A stretch of DNA of 64,000 nt from Octopus vulgaris (taxonomy: Eukaryota): assembly GCA_951406725.2 (NCBI GenBank), contig OX597829.1, forward strand, positions 53,258,001 to 53,322,000. The letters are read 5' to 3'. Below are positions 41,826 through 53,829 of this stretch, piece after piece. The first letter of the stretch is position 1, and each line of letters opens with the position of its first letter. The position numbers and the translations under genes are program-made. The notes under the pieces were generated by a model. It was not told the origin of the DNA, searched no databases, and was given only the letters and a program-made list of their open reading frames with translations.

Positions 41826-42396
41826 ATTTATACAACCCCTATCTTGCCCAGGACATCAATCGTCTGGAAGCTGTTCAGCGACGTGCAACCAAAAGAATAC
41901 CCTCCATCAGGCATTTGCCATATCCTGAATGCCTTACTTCCCTGGGCATGGACACATTGAAACTCCGATGTCTGGCAGCTGACTTGGCAGACACCCATAA
42001 AATTATCAACCATCGTACAAACAATAACTCTGAGCACCTCTTCAAACTCCACCCATCTAACACCCGTGGACATATTTACAAAGTAAGAAAACAGCACAGC
42101 TCCCATGACTTCAGGAAACACTTTTTCACGCTGAGAGTTGCTGAAGCATGGAACAAACTGCCGGCATCAGTTGTTAGTTGTCAGAGCACTGCATCCTTCA
42201 AAACTTCCATGCTTCCTGAGATTCGCCAACACTACACTTGATTTTCTCCCCTCCATACACACACAAGCATGTATCTGACTCATACATTGTTCACTTTCCA
42301 GACATTTCTACATTACTGCATGTACTTTATATGCACTTTCTGACAAGTTGTGGTGCACCTGAGCACTGTATACAATAATTTCATTATTATTATTAT
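41826..42396 (+). mobile_element. CR1/L2-group LINE 3' end
   Basis: YNPYLAQDINRLEAVQRRATK..TRGHIYK..HFFTLRVAEAWNKLP and an (ATT)n tail. The same tail occurs at 196-232 (+) and 60510-60562 (-). Confidence 0.9.
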
Positions 42397-43499
42397 TTTA
42401 AAAAGTGTGAAAAATTTTTAAACGAAAGATTTCAAATTGAAGTGATTTCAGTAAACACAGCTACAACTATCTTAGAAATTGAAATATTTTTCCCAATATC
42501 ACCCCAATTGTTTGTTTACATTGTAGTTTTGAGTACTTTTATAAGTGAAAAATAATAGTCTTCAAAAACTTAAAGAAAAAAATGTGTTTATAGACAGTAC
42601 CACAACCATTAAAAGTTATCTAAAGCATAATAATTGCTGGTTGAAAACTATGTTTACTTACTTGTACTGCCAGGATGTGGCCCATCAACCTACAATACAC
42701 AATAAATTTCTTTTGAATCAAAATTTTGTTCAAAAATATGTTCTGAAACATAAATTTGAAATTAAGATATCACCTAAGCATGACATGGTTTATGCTCTTA
42801 TTTGAATGGAAATTATTATAAGAACTAAAATAGTCTGCAAGCCTTTCTTGAGTTAAATTCGATAGAAACATTATTACACTAACAGCTAGAAAAGTAGTTC
42901 AGTAGAAATTTACCCTGTATATTCATCAAATAAATGCAAAGCACACTTCAACTATGCAACAGAATAATAAATAAATGTTACAAATAGCACAAAGGAGTTT
43001 TCTCCCTTTAGTTTAATCCTGAAAACTGAGATTGCAGAAGGTGGGATCTTTTTCTTGCTATTTGGTCACCTTACAGGACACAAATCAAAACTTGTTAAGA
43101 ACAGATGAACTCTGGAGAGTCAACGGCTATCCAAATAGTATTTCTTTATTAGTATTGCTGCTGATAAAGTCATTAGTGACTCAAAATAACAGTAATAATA
43201 AGAATGAGTACTCTGAGAACAAAAGTCTCAGAGATTACCTTTATGGGGATAAATCTACAAAGAAGGAGGGTCTCTTTAACTTTGGCTGGCAGCCTCCTGG
43301 AATGGTGCCTCAATAATAGCACTGATGGTCATGACATCTCGACAACACAGTGTTTTTTATGAGTGCTATACCAAATAAGAATTGTTATCACAACTGCGTT
43401 CATGAGACTGGATGCCAAGTAATGGTTGCCTGCACAGTAAGTGTCCTACTCTGCAGCAGAGTTAGGACTGCTCGTTGCCCAGCTACAGTTCCAAAGATT

Positions 43500-45075
43500 A
43501 GTAGAAGATGAACTCAAAACGACAAAAAGACTGTGATAGAATGCTATTGTGGAAGCCAGCCTACCAAAAGAGAACACAGGAAAAAGATGTATAACATATG
43601 GGCCAGAAAAATTTCAAACCTGGGTTCTCATTCCTAATAGGAGTGAGAACCCAAGTTCGAAATTTCCCCAAGACACCTGAAGAAGGCTGGAGGGTATATC
43701 AGCCAAAACGTTGTGTTAACAACAAACAAGATGAGGACAAATATCCGTCAAATGTAAATAATGTACATAATTCCTCATCTCATAAATATAAAACTGCAGA
43801 GAAAAATAAGTTCCCTATTACAGAATAGAGATTCCTAGACCAGAAAAATCTAAGAGAAAAGACAATGGCTATTCCAATGGGAACTGAGGGAGATTTCCAC
43901 AATAGTGAAAGAATATAAACATGATTACATAGAGAATGAAGACAATGTTGGCAGCTTGTCTCACTGAGATGTCAGGTGATGCCCGTGAGGGTGCTTGGTT
44001 TTCCCAATGCTTTAAGCCTTGCCATCTCCCGCGGTTAATGCTGCAAGTTTGCTGGCTTGCTTCAGTCAGTTCTGTCAAATATTGTCATGTGCAACCAGTT
44101 GCTGTGATAAAAAAAATTCCCCACAAATTGTTTCGATACAGTTTTAACAGAAAGACTTGGAAGAATTAGATGAAAGTTCTCCAGTAATTTTCTTTCATAT
44201 AAATAAATGTTTCTGTTAATTCTAAACAATTTATGCAAAATTTCATAAATACAACAAGAACAAAGAATGGAAGAGGAGTCAATAAATCCTTAGGAAATAA
44301 ATGACAGCCCAGATGAAGACATTTTTCTTTTTCTCTCAAAGAAGGAAAGAATATTACTTTGAAGGAAAGGAACTTGCTGCAACATCTACATGAGACATGA
44401 TCAAATGAAAGAAAGTCTACCAACCTTGAGAGGAATCAAAAGAGGAAAACTACATAATGTATTGAAGAAGATGGACAAGCTGTTAATGAAAATCTAAGCT
44501 GAAAATATAACAGACCTAAATGACCTCATATACTGCACGGCATCAGTAGCTGTGGAAATTCTTGGGATTAATAGCCAAAGACAAAAAGGGACAAAACCAC
44601 ATAATGGAACAAAGACAAGGAAACTAAATTGAATGGGGGAAAAAAAATTTTAGAAGGATAAATGCAATAACAGAACAGAAGATGGTGAAGGAAAGACACG
44701 GGAATGAACTACAAAGAACATTAGACACAAAAGATTATTGGAAGTTAAAGAAGAGATAAGGCAAAGGATCAAAGCTGTGTCAGATAAAGAAGAAGAAGAA
44801 GAAAAACAGATACCAATACAGATACCAATGCAAACAAACCAGTATGGGCAGAATAGGCTGAACAATGAAGAGGAACAACAGGGGAATGGGATGCTGGATG
44901 TTGAAGCAGCAAGAAGAAATTTGGAGCAAAGAAGTCCACCGTAATATGGAAGCAGATTGGCTATAGCAATTTAAAAGCGAAATGTAAAGTGGAGCAAAAC
45001 AAGAAAAAATAAACACTGCAGATAAGAAAACAGGAGACACTTAAGAAAATAGCAAATTGAAAAGCTCCCAGAGCA
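43500..45075 (+). mobile_element. R4/Dong-clade non-LTR retrotransposon fossil (interrupted)
   Basis: VIECYCGSQPTKREHRKKMYNIW; LPTLRGIKRGKL..NITDLNDLIY..VEILG; EEIRQRIKA..QYGQNRL; N(W>*)KAP. Confidence 0.6.
43673..43716 (+). ncRNA. Degenerate hammerhead motif (G12 mutated)
   Basis: acac-CTGAAGA-aggctg...cagcc-AAAA-cg-TT-gtgt. Confidence 0.45.
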
Positions 45076-47195
45076 GAACCAAAGTGTTGTGTATGTTTTG
45101 TGGTGGAGGTCTCTACTTAAATCAAGGAAATCATTTGCACTTTGTGGCCAGTGAATTGTTTTCCAATCGATCTTTGGATAAGTGAAATCACCATTACGGA
45201 ATCATTAAGGTTATTTCTGAAAGAATTGTTGTGAAAGCAAAGTCAAAAGGAGATAGAAAATCTCAATTTGTTGCTCTATATAACTTTGCACCCCATAAAC
45301 AAATGCAAGGAAAATAAGAAAGATATTTAATCAATGAAACCAAGAGGAATGTACATTTAATTAAGTCAACAGCCAATTTTCTTTCAAAGTTCAGAAAGAT
45401 GACAAAGTAAAACCCAGCAGGAACTCAGACCATAAACAAAACATAATATAAATTCCATAATGTATTTATTAAGTACTGTTCCAATTCTAACATTTACTAT
45501 CCTTCTAATAATAATAAGTGGGATATCAATAATTTAAGACAAGTGATATCCTGATGAAATCTGCAATTAGGAGAGGTGAAGAGTCCAAAATTTTAATTAG
45601 GCAAAGTCCTTGATACCAGCCACACTTTTTATTACCAGAAGAAATCAGTCTTTTTTTGATTTATAAAATCTGATTTGAATTAATGAAGACAAAAGTTATT
45701 ATTGAAGGAAAATTAATTCTTCATAATGCAGAATTGCTAATAATAATAATGATAATAATACCATAAAAAAGTCTCCTTTGAAAGTATGTTTGATCATAAG
45801 ATCCTTATAAACCATTACCAACAAACAGAATCATAAATGTATTCAAGGAAAAGTTTTATAAAGACACAGCAACATCAACATTAAAGCAGTATATGAGTTA
45901 ATTTACAAGCTGCTGGTGTTAATAACTAAAAACTATGGACCCACATTTGAGATGACTATTGAATACCCTTTCAACTTCATAGTAATTCTTTCTACTTATA
46001 TAGGCACCAGGCCTGAAATTTTGTAGGTGGCATTGTGGTAAGTCAATTACATTGACCTCAGTACTCTACTGATACTTTATTTTTTTTATCTATCTCAAAA
46101 GGGTGAAAGGTGAAGTTTACCTTGGCAGTATTTGAACTCATAATGTATGAACCAGAAGAAATGTTGCTAGGTAATTTGTTTGATGTGCTGCTAATGATTC
46201 TGCCAGCTCACCAAAGCATGAGTAAATGGAAAACAGATAAAAGGTGAAAAGCTATCAATACTGATGAATACTCGCAAAGAAAACTTGACATCAAAGGAAA
46301 TAATGAAATCACGCTCAAACAAAGAGAAGATTAAATCACCAGTTTTAAAAAATTATTCACTAATCTTTGTAATTTTGATTCTGGTAAAATTGTTACAGTT
46401 ACTGACAGATTTTTACACATACACACACAAAAAAAATGAATTTTAGATTACTTGTTTCTTGGGGGTTTTTTTCCATATTTATAGTGCAGGAAATGTTTAG
46501 CTATTTTGATCTATTTGGCCTAAGGATCAAAACAAATTGCTGAATTTATTTCCTAACATTATTTTCTTCCTATTTAACGGAGAATTAACAGCAAAGATTT
46601 TAATGTAAATGGTATAAGACATAAGTACCAATTCAAGACAGAAGTACATAACAGTTCCTGTCCCTTGACAGTTCTTAAAATGTATATATATATATTGATA
46701 TATATATATATATATCACTTAACAGGTGACAGTCTTACAATAGAGCACCTGCCATTCTTTGTCATCAAATTAAATGCTACAAATTGTTTCTTTTTTGAAG
46801 GAACAAAAATGTACTTTATAGTATCTAATATGAAAAGTAAGAATGGCAAGCAGTGTATATGAGGTCTGAATCTTATCAGTCTCAAACTGGTGCTTATATC
46901 TTTTGAATCTAATGCAATGTCATTGAACAGTTCAAACAATTGTGTTATCTTACGAGAAAGCAATTTCCTAACATGTTTAACTTATGTCTTTCCACTGCTC
47001 CTTTGTTCTAAACATCTGATATATATATATTTCTTTCATGAAACTGTTTACATTTAGAAATAATTTACTCCAAAACATTTTCTTTGAGATCTAATCTAAA
47101 GAAGGCACTATTCACAACATATCCATCAGCATTTATAAAAATTCCATTTCATAGTTGGAGCTCAGATTTTTTCTTACACAAGACATTGTACTTAC

Positions 47196-47239
47196 ATTTC
47201 CCGTGTTCTTTTCGGCATTTGCTTCATCTTTATTATCAC
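47196..47239 (-). CDS. SIRT2: SIRT2 putative exon 2 ((S)DNKDEANAEKNTGN)
   Basis: Polypyrimidine tract + ttag acceptor, 44-nt open exon, gtaagt donor, phase 1 to 0 like human exon 2. It needs an unfound 3n+1 exon to stay in frame with the next exon. Confidence 0.45.
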
Positions 47240-47514
47240 CTAATTGTAGAAAAAGAGAAACCTGTTATAATGTGCACAAGAGTACTATTTCCAGACGATA
47301 AAAACATTGCTAACAATTAGCAAATGCCCCACCCCACCCAAAAAATTCAGGTTTTACAAAACGCAGCTATTTTTGAAAATGATTCTTTAACCATGCTTAC
47401 CTTTTAGCATTTTACCAAAGAAAACTGCAAAGAAAGCAAATCAACCTACTACATTTTTAAAAAGTTAAGTTAAGTTAAGTTAATTTTTTGGCTCAAAAAG
47501 CAAAAAGCAAAGCC

Positions 47515-47680
47515 ATGTAGGGGGACATGGAGTTATGTACAGGGTGGTGTTCATGCAAAGAGTTCAGGCTATTTCTGGTCAAGAGAGACTTTGAACCGAG
47601 CGGTCATCGGCATCTTCACTATCTCGTCCGGCAGCTTATTCCACGGATCCGCAACCCGGACGGAGAAAGCCCCTCTCCTT
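47515..47680 (-). mobile_element. CR1-like LINE 3' fragment
   Basis: AFSVRVADPWNKLPDEIV..FKVSLD. Confidence 0.75.
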
Positions 47681-47787
47681 TTTTTTTTTTTGTATATGTC
47701 TGTCTTGGCTATTAGAGTTAAGGTTAGATAGCTGCCATACTGGTGATGACTACTGAGGATGAAACATATGTCCATGGCTGGACATAT

Positions 47788-47861
<74 letters not shown>

Positions 47862-47989
47862 TGAGATTGATATATTATATATATATAAATAAGTAGATTG
47901 ATATATATTAGAGGAAAAATCAAAACCAAGGCAGAACATGCATCTCAAGTCATTTAGAATAATCTAATTAGGGCAAGGTGAATTTGAAA

Positions 47990-48063
47990 TCTTACAGTTG
48001 TTTCTGAGATAACCCAAATGATAGGTTAGCATGTCCATGCACTGGGTATTCCATCATCAGAGA
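47990..48063 (-). ncRNA. Minimal type-I hammerhead ribozyme motif
   Basis: tct-CTGATGA-tggaataccca...tgggttatctca-GAAA-caactg-TA-aga. Confidence 0.65.
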
Positions 48064-48491
48064 CAAAGTATGAATATTTTAGATGGAAAATTTACAGTTT
48101 ACAAGGAATAAAATAGATGGATGAAGATTAAAAGTAGTTAGAAGAATATAGGCAGGGGAATAATGTTCACAGCTCATCTTTTTCTAGAGGATATGAATGT
48201 TGGTTGGTACTTCCACAAAGGTACAGGTTTTTAGTTAAAATTCCAGGTAAATCCAAGCATTATTTTGGTAGTATATAACATAAATAACAATAATGTTAAT
48301 TTTGTCTGATTGACATTATTGTTATTAACATTATTATTATATATATTAATTTATGACAATAATTATTTTTATAATTGTATGTATTTTTATATTATGTATT
48401 AATTTTAATGGTACACTGTATCTTTCCTGTTTGATTATTTAATGTTTTCATTATGTTTTCAATATGATATATATAAATTTCTTTGTACATT

Positions 48492-48571
48492 CCCTGATGA
48501 TATTCTGGCTTATAATTAAATTACATTTGATTGATTTTATACTATAAGTGATGAATTGAAACAATTGTAGG
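48492..48571 (+). ncRNA. Minimal type-I hammerhead ribozyme motif
   Basis: cc-CTGATGA-tattctggcttata...tataagtgatgaatt-GAAA-caattg-TA-gg, palindromic stem III. Confidence 0.6.
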
Positions 48572-48630
48572 TCTTGTCAATTTATTAATAAATTTTTATT
48601 AATCATATCTCCATCTTCTCTCTTGTTTTT

Positions 48631-48670
<40 letters not shown>

Positions 48671-48792
48671 GTAATATATATGTGTGTACCTATATTATAA
48701 GGTATTCAACCAGTCTAATCTTGGATATTTCTATCCCTCTGACATTTATATATCCTCACTTGTACTTTAATCTCCTCTCTCTCTCTCTCTCT

Positions 48793-49470
48793 TCATCATC
48801 ATCATCATCATCATCATCATTTAACGTCCGCTTTCCATGCTAGCATGGGTTGGACAGTTCAACTGAGGTCTGGGGAGCCTGAAAGCTGCACCAGTCCAGT
48901 CAGATCTGGCAGTGTTTCTACAGCTGGATGCCCTTCCTAACGCCAACCACTCCGAGAGTGTAGTGGGTGATTTTTTATGTGCCACCGACACAGGTGCCAG
49001 ACGAGGCTGGCAGACGGCCACGCTCGGATGGTGTTTTTATGTGCCACCGACACAGGTGCCAGATGAGGCTGGCAAACGGCCACGATCGGATGGTGTTTGT
49101 TACGTGCCCACAGCACGGAGGCCAGTTAATGCGGTACTGGCTACGGCCACGTTCGGATGGTTATCTTGTGTGCCACGTGCCACCGGCACTGTAAAAATCA
49201 AATCCATTGATGTTCATCTATTTTGATTGTTTTGATTTTCACAAAGATACAAATTCCATTGATGTTCATCTATTTTGATTTGTTTTGATTTGCCCACAGC
49301 ACGGAGGCCAGTCGGTGCGGTACTGGCTATGTCCACGTTCGGATGGTTTTCTTGTGTGCCACCGGCACTGGTACCACAAAGATACAATTCCATTAATGTT
49401 CATCTATTTTGATTTGTTTTGATTTGATTTGATTTGATTTGTTTTGATTTCATTTTGATTTTGATTTTTA
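48793..49470 (-). mobile_element. SINE family C with (GAT)n tail and internal subrepeats
   Basis: tttaacgtccgctttccatgctagcatggg..cagctggatgcccttcctaacgccaacc. Copies at ~14140, 20180, 39342, 49520, 51290, 51975, 54250, 58780 and 60720. Confidence 0.75.
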
Positions 49471-49873
49471 TATATATATATATACACACACACACATTTT
49501 TGTCTTACAGGTTATATGGTGACCCTGTCAGTGCAGGTGCCACTTAAAAAGCATCCAGTCCACACTGTAAAGTGGTTGGTGTTCAGAAGGACATCCAGCT
49601 GCAAAAACCTTGCCCAAACTGACCTTGCCTGTGCTTGGGTCACATAAAAAGCACAAAGTCCATTCTGCTGAGTGGTTGGTGTTAGGAAGGGCATCCAGTT
49701 GTAAAAACCCTACCAAAACAGTCACAGAAGTATGGTGCAGGCTTCTGCCTGACTGGCTCTTGTGAAACCATCTCACGCATACCAGCATGGAAGGCAAGAA
49801 GTAAGCAATGATGATGAAAATGATGATGATTTGGGGTGGAATTGGGAAGAAGATGCTCTTTGTTATTTTGAAA

Positions 49874-49937
<64 letters not shown>

Positions 49938-50033
49938 ATGTGTATGCATGTGTGTGGTGAATTTTTAGAGGCTTGGTTAAAGATAAAAGAAAGACAGAAA
50001 GGTAGAAAATAAGAAAGGCAGAAAGAATGTATA

Positions 50034-51253
50034 CAGGGTGCATAAGGTATTTGAGGACATACCATTTTTAGGGTTAATGCTGCATTTTTTACTAACTCTG
50101 TATAATCTTTGTTTCAGAAAATAATAATGGCAGACCCTCAGCTTACTCAAGAAATGAAGAGGCATGCCGTTATTGTGATTACAAAAGCTGAGCATAATGA
50201 TTTAGAAATATCTCAATTTTTAAAAGTTGCCATATCTTTCATCTACAAAGTTTGTAAGAAGCTAGAGACTGAAGACGGAAACATATCACCAGTATCAAAG
50301 CATAAAAAGCATTCTAAATGCTCTGAAATCATCAGAACACCCGAATTTATCTAGCAAGTTCAACAGCCCATTGATTACAATCAAGAAAGTCTATGAAGTC
50401 AATTGCAAAAAAACTCCATGTATCAGAAGGAACAGTCAGAAATGTTGTCTATGAAGACATCAGATATAAGTCTATGATGAGGAAAGGTCAATTTGTCAGA
50501 AAAAACAAAAGAAAATCACTACATCATATCTAAAAGGCTCTTAAACAAAATGAAAAATCCAGCAGAAAAAGATTTGATTTGGTTTTTCTCAAACAAGAAA
50601 AACTTTGACTAAGATCAAAAGATATGACAGATGATTATGTGCAAATCCTTCTGAGATTCCAAGTATTATGCATACAAAATTTCCTGCAACTGTCATGGTT
50701 TTAGATATTATCAGCAATGAAGGACATTTGATGCCTTCATACTTCTTTCCACAAGGCCTTAGAGTTAACTCTGCACCTACATTGAGGTCCTGGAAATAAT
50801 TGTTAAGACAGTGTATGCAATGGAAGGCCATATGTGTTTCAGTAAGACTGCACTATCACACATGGAATGGATGGCTGGAAATTTTCATGATCATATAACC
50901 CCTAACATTTGGCTTCCTAATCCCCAAGATCTCAATCCATTCAACTATTACATGTGGAGTGTTGTTGAGAGAGAGGTCAATGAACCTGCTGGTAACACCA
51001 AAGATTCTTGGAAAGTTGCCGTAGTCAGAGTAATGTCCAAAATGAACCAGGACAACTTGATTCAAACATGTAGATGATTTAGATCTCATATAGAAGCAGT
51101 TGTTGAAGTTGAAGGTGGCTTTATTGAATAACATTATAGAAAAGGAGGTTTATTTTTATCCTCATAGCATTATTTGATAAATAAAGTTATTATCTGTTAT
51201 TATATGTCTGATTTATAAACATAAATCTCTCCTCAAATATCTTATGCACCCTG
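50034..51253 (+). mobile_element. Full-length Tc1/mariner fossil (maT/DD37D-like)
   Basis: 24-bp TIRs cagggtgcataaggtatttgagga (1 mismatch) with TA TSDs; decayed transposase WLPNPQDLNPFNYYMW. Confidence 0.88.
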
Positions 51254-51465
51254 TACATCAGTATATGGATATATATATATGTATGTATTATCATCATCAT
51301 CATCATCGTTTAACGTCCACTTTCCATGCTGGCATGGGTTGGACGGTTTGACTGAGGACTGGTGAGCCAGAAGGCTGCACCAGGCTGAAAATGATCAGGC
51401 AAAGTTTCTACAGCTGGATGCCCTTCCTAATGCAAACCACTCTGAGTGTAGTGGGTGCTTTTTTA

Positions 51466-51513
<48 letters not shown>

Positions 51514-51972
51514 GTGCGAAGTGTAAATTGTCACCATTTTAATATCTTTTTTTCATGCATGCTCATTGTTTGTTTTTGATTTTGTCAACTACACAGCTAA
51601 GCACTCCAATAGTGTAGCAGGTGCTTTTTATGTGACACCGGCACAAGGGCCAATCTGGCAGTTCTAGCAATGACCACACTCAAAAGGTGTTTTTACGTGC
51701 TACCTGCATGGGAGCCAGTTTGGTGGCACTGGCAACGACCACGCTCGAATGTTGTTTTCCACATGCCAGCAGTACATGTGCCAGTAAGGTGACGCTAGCA
51801 ATGATCATGCTCAAATGGTGTGATTCACGCTCAGATATACTTTTAACATTCCACTGGCACGAGTGCCAATCAGGTGGTACTGTCATTAGCCACATCAGTG
51901 ATTCTGATTTGTTTACACTTGCTTCAGTAGGTCTTTGCAGGCAAAGTTCATTGTCCAATGAATGAGGGGTAC

Positions 51973-52003
<31 letters not shown>

Positions 52004-52837
52004 TTAGCATCCGCTTTCCATGCTAACATGGGTTGGACGGTTCAACTGGGGTCTGTAAAGCCAGAAGGCTGCTTCAGGCCCAGTCTGATCTGGCAGTGTT
52101 TCTACATGTATATATATACATGTATGTATGTGTTCATATGCATACATTTTAACTGCTGGCTTTTTGACAGTTAAAATGTATGCATATGTATCTGCAAAGT
52201 GGATTCACCAGTAGGCCTCAATGAATAAAAATCTAACAGCCAATATCACAGCTGCTAAGCTTCCGATACACATGATTTGTTTTCAGCTTGTTTAGGACCA
52301 ACCACACTTTTGGGAAATTCTGATAGAAGTAAGTTGGTACAAATGTTTTCAACAGATTAAATGAACAACACGTCCCAGGCTTTTCTTTAGATTAGAATTC
52401 TCCATCTCATGGGTTACTTGCTGTCAGAATGGCTAAGCAATTTCTAAGTCCTCCAACGATCAAATGAGCAGCCATTGAAATACTGGTTGTAGGTTGCTTG
52501 CAGGTAATCACACCAAATGCCTTTATTCTTGAAACAGCTGTAAGGTACAATCTACATGTTCTCCTTCTCCTTCAGTTTAGGATTTTACCTATGACAACCT
52601 GCCTTAACCTGCTGTGTAATATTGATAAGACAAACTGACCTTATAGCTATTCCAGGAGTATACTAACATATTTCACAATCATTAATAACATTCCTAAATT
52701 GAACTTTTACTGATGTCTTGTCATTTAAACAACTCATAGCATTCATTTATCCCTATGTATTGTTTAAATGTATAAATAAAGAAATGTTATGATCTGACCT
52801 AATACATGTTGTTTACTGGTCTATACTTTTATTCTGT

Positions 52838-52892
52838 TGTGTACACACACACATACACACACGCACACACAAGTACACACACACATATATTT

Positions 52893-52943
<51 letters not shown>

Positions 52944-52974
52944 TACACACAAGTACACACACACATATATTTTG

Positions 52975-53011
<37 letters not shown>

Positions 53012-53036
53012 AGTACACACACACACATACATTTTG

Positions 53037-53071
<35 letters not shown>

Positions 53072-53108
53072 TACATATACATATATATTCATACACATAT
53101 ACATATAA

Positions 53109-53157
<49 letters not shown>

Positions 53158-53182
53158 CACACATATATATACACATACACAC
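52838..53182. repeat. Compound (CA)n/(AT)n higher-order repeat
   Basis: Unit aagtacacacacaca..ttttga(ta)n repeated three times. Confidence 0.9.
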
Positions 53183-53742
53183 AGGCAGATAACACTCAGA
53201 TGCAAAAACAAAATCAATGTTATTACGTAATTGTATTCAAGTTTACAATCTCTTTTCAATGGTAAAAGTAACTATTTCATCACATATTTTTTTGTAGATC
53301 TGTACTATAATTACTTAATTAACATATGAATTATTTAATGTATGGATTTACATAAATTTAATAATGTTATATAACAACATAGTCTTCACTCTTGTGGACG
53401 TGACCTATACAGATTCCCATTTTTTACACTTGGTTTCGTTTCAGTCTTCTTGTTCCATTTTTTTCATCAACTTTCTTTGTGTTTTCTCACATTTTAAAAA
53501 TGTTCTTACTGTCCTGTATCCTTGTTTTTAAAATATGTATAACGCATAAACAGAGCCCGAAAGTTTGCTTGGAGATTACATGGCATATTTTATAAATATG
53601 CCCATCAAAAGTATCATAAAAGCATAAATTATTAATAGCCTTTTCAGTTATGCATTAAATAAAAATTTAAGTATTTCTTTTATTGGTTCTACGTATGTTG
53701 GATATATATGTATCAAAAGAAAAACAGGATGCAAAGGATTTT

Positions 53743-53829
53743 GCGGTACATATGTTTCGGGCTTTATTGAACAACTTATATCAATGCATAATTGATGTAA
53801 CAGGTAGATCAAAAGCCTTCTTCAGCCAC
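53743..53829 (-). ncRNA. Minimal type-I hammerhead ribozyme motif
   Basis: gtgg-CTGAAGA-aggcttt...aaagccc-GAAA-catatg-TA-ccgc, palindromic stem III. Confidence 0.68.

Noticed and set aside
42914-42951. Candidate SIRT2 exon 3 (38 nt, tag/gtaaat)
   Set aside because: Its length does not restore the frame between 47196 and 40323, and it shows no similarity to sirtuin N-termini.
47748-47790. CTGAGGA-T-GAAACATATGTC hammerhead-like string and 13-bp perfect hairpin
   Set aside because: Stem II is absent and stem I cannot form convincingly; the hairpin alone is uninformative.
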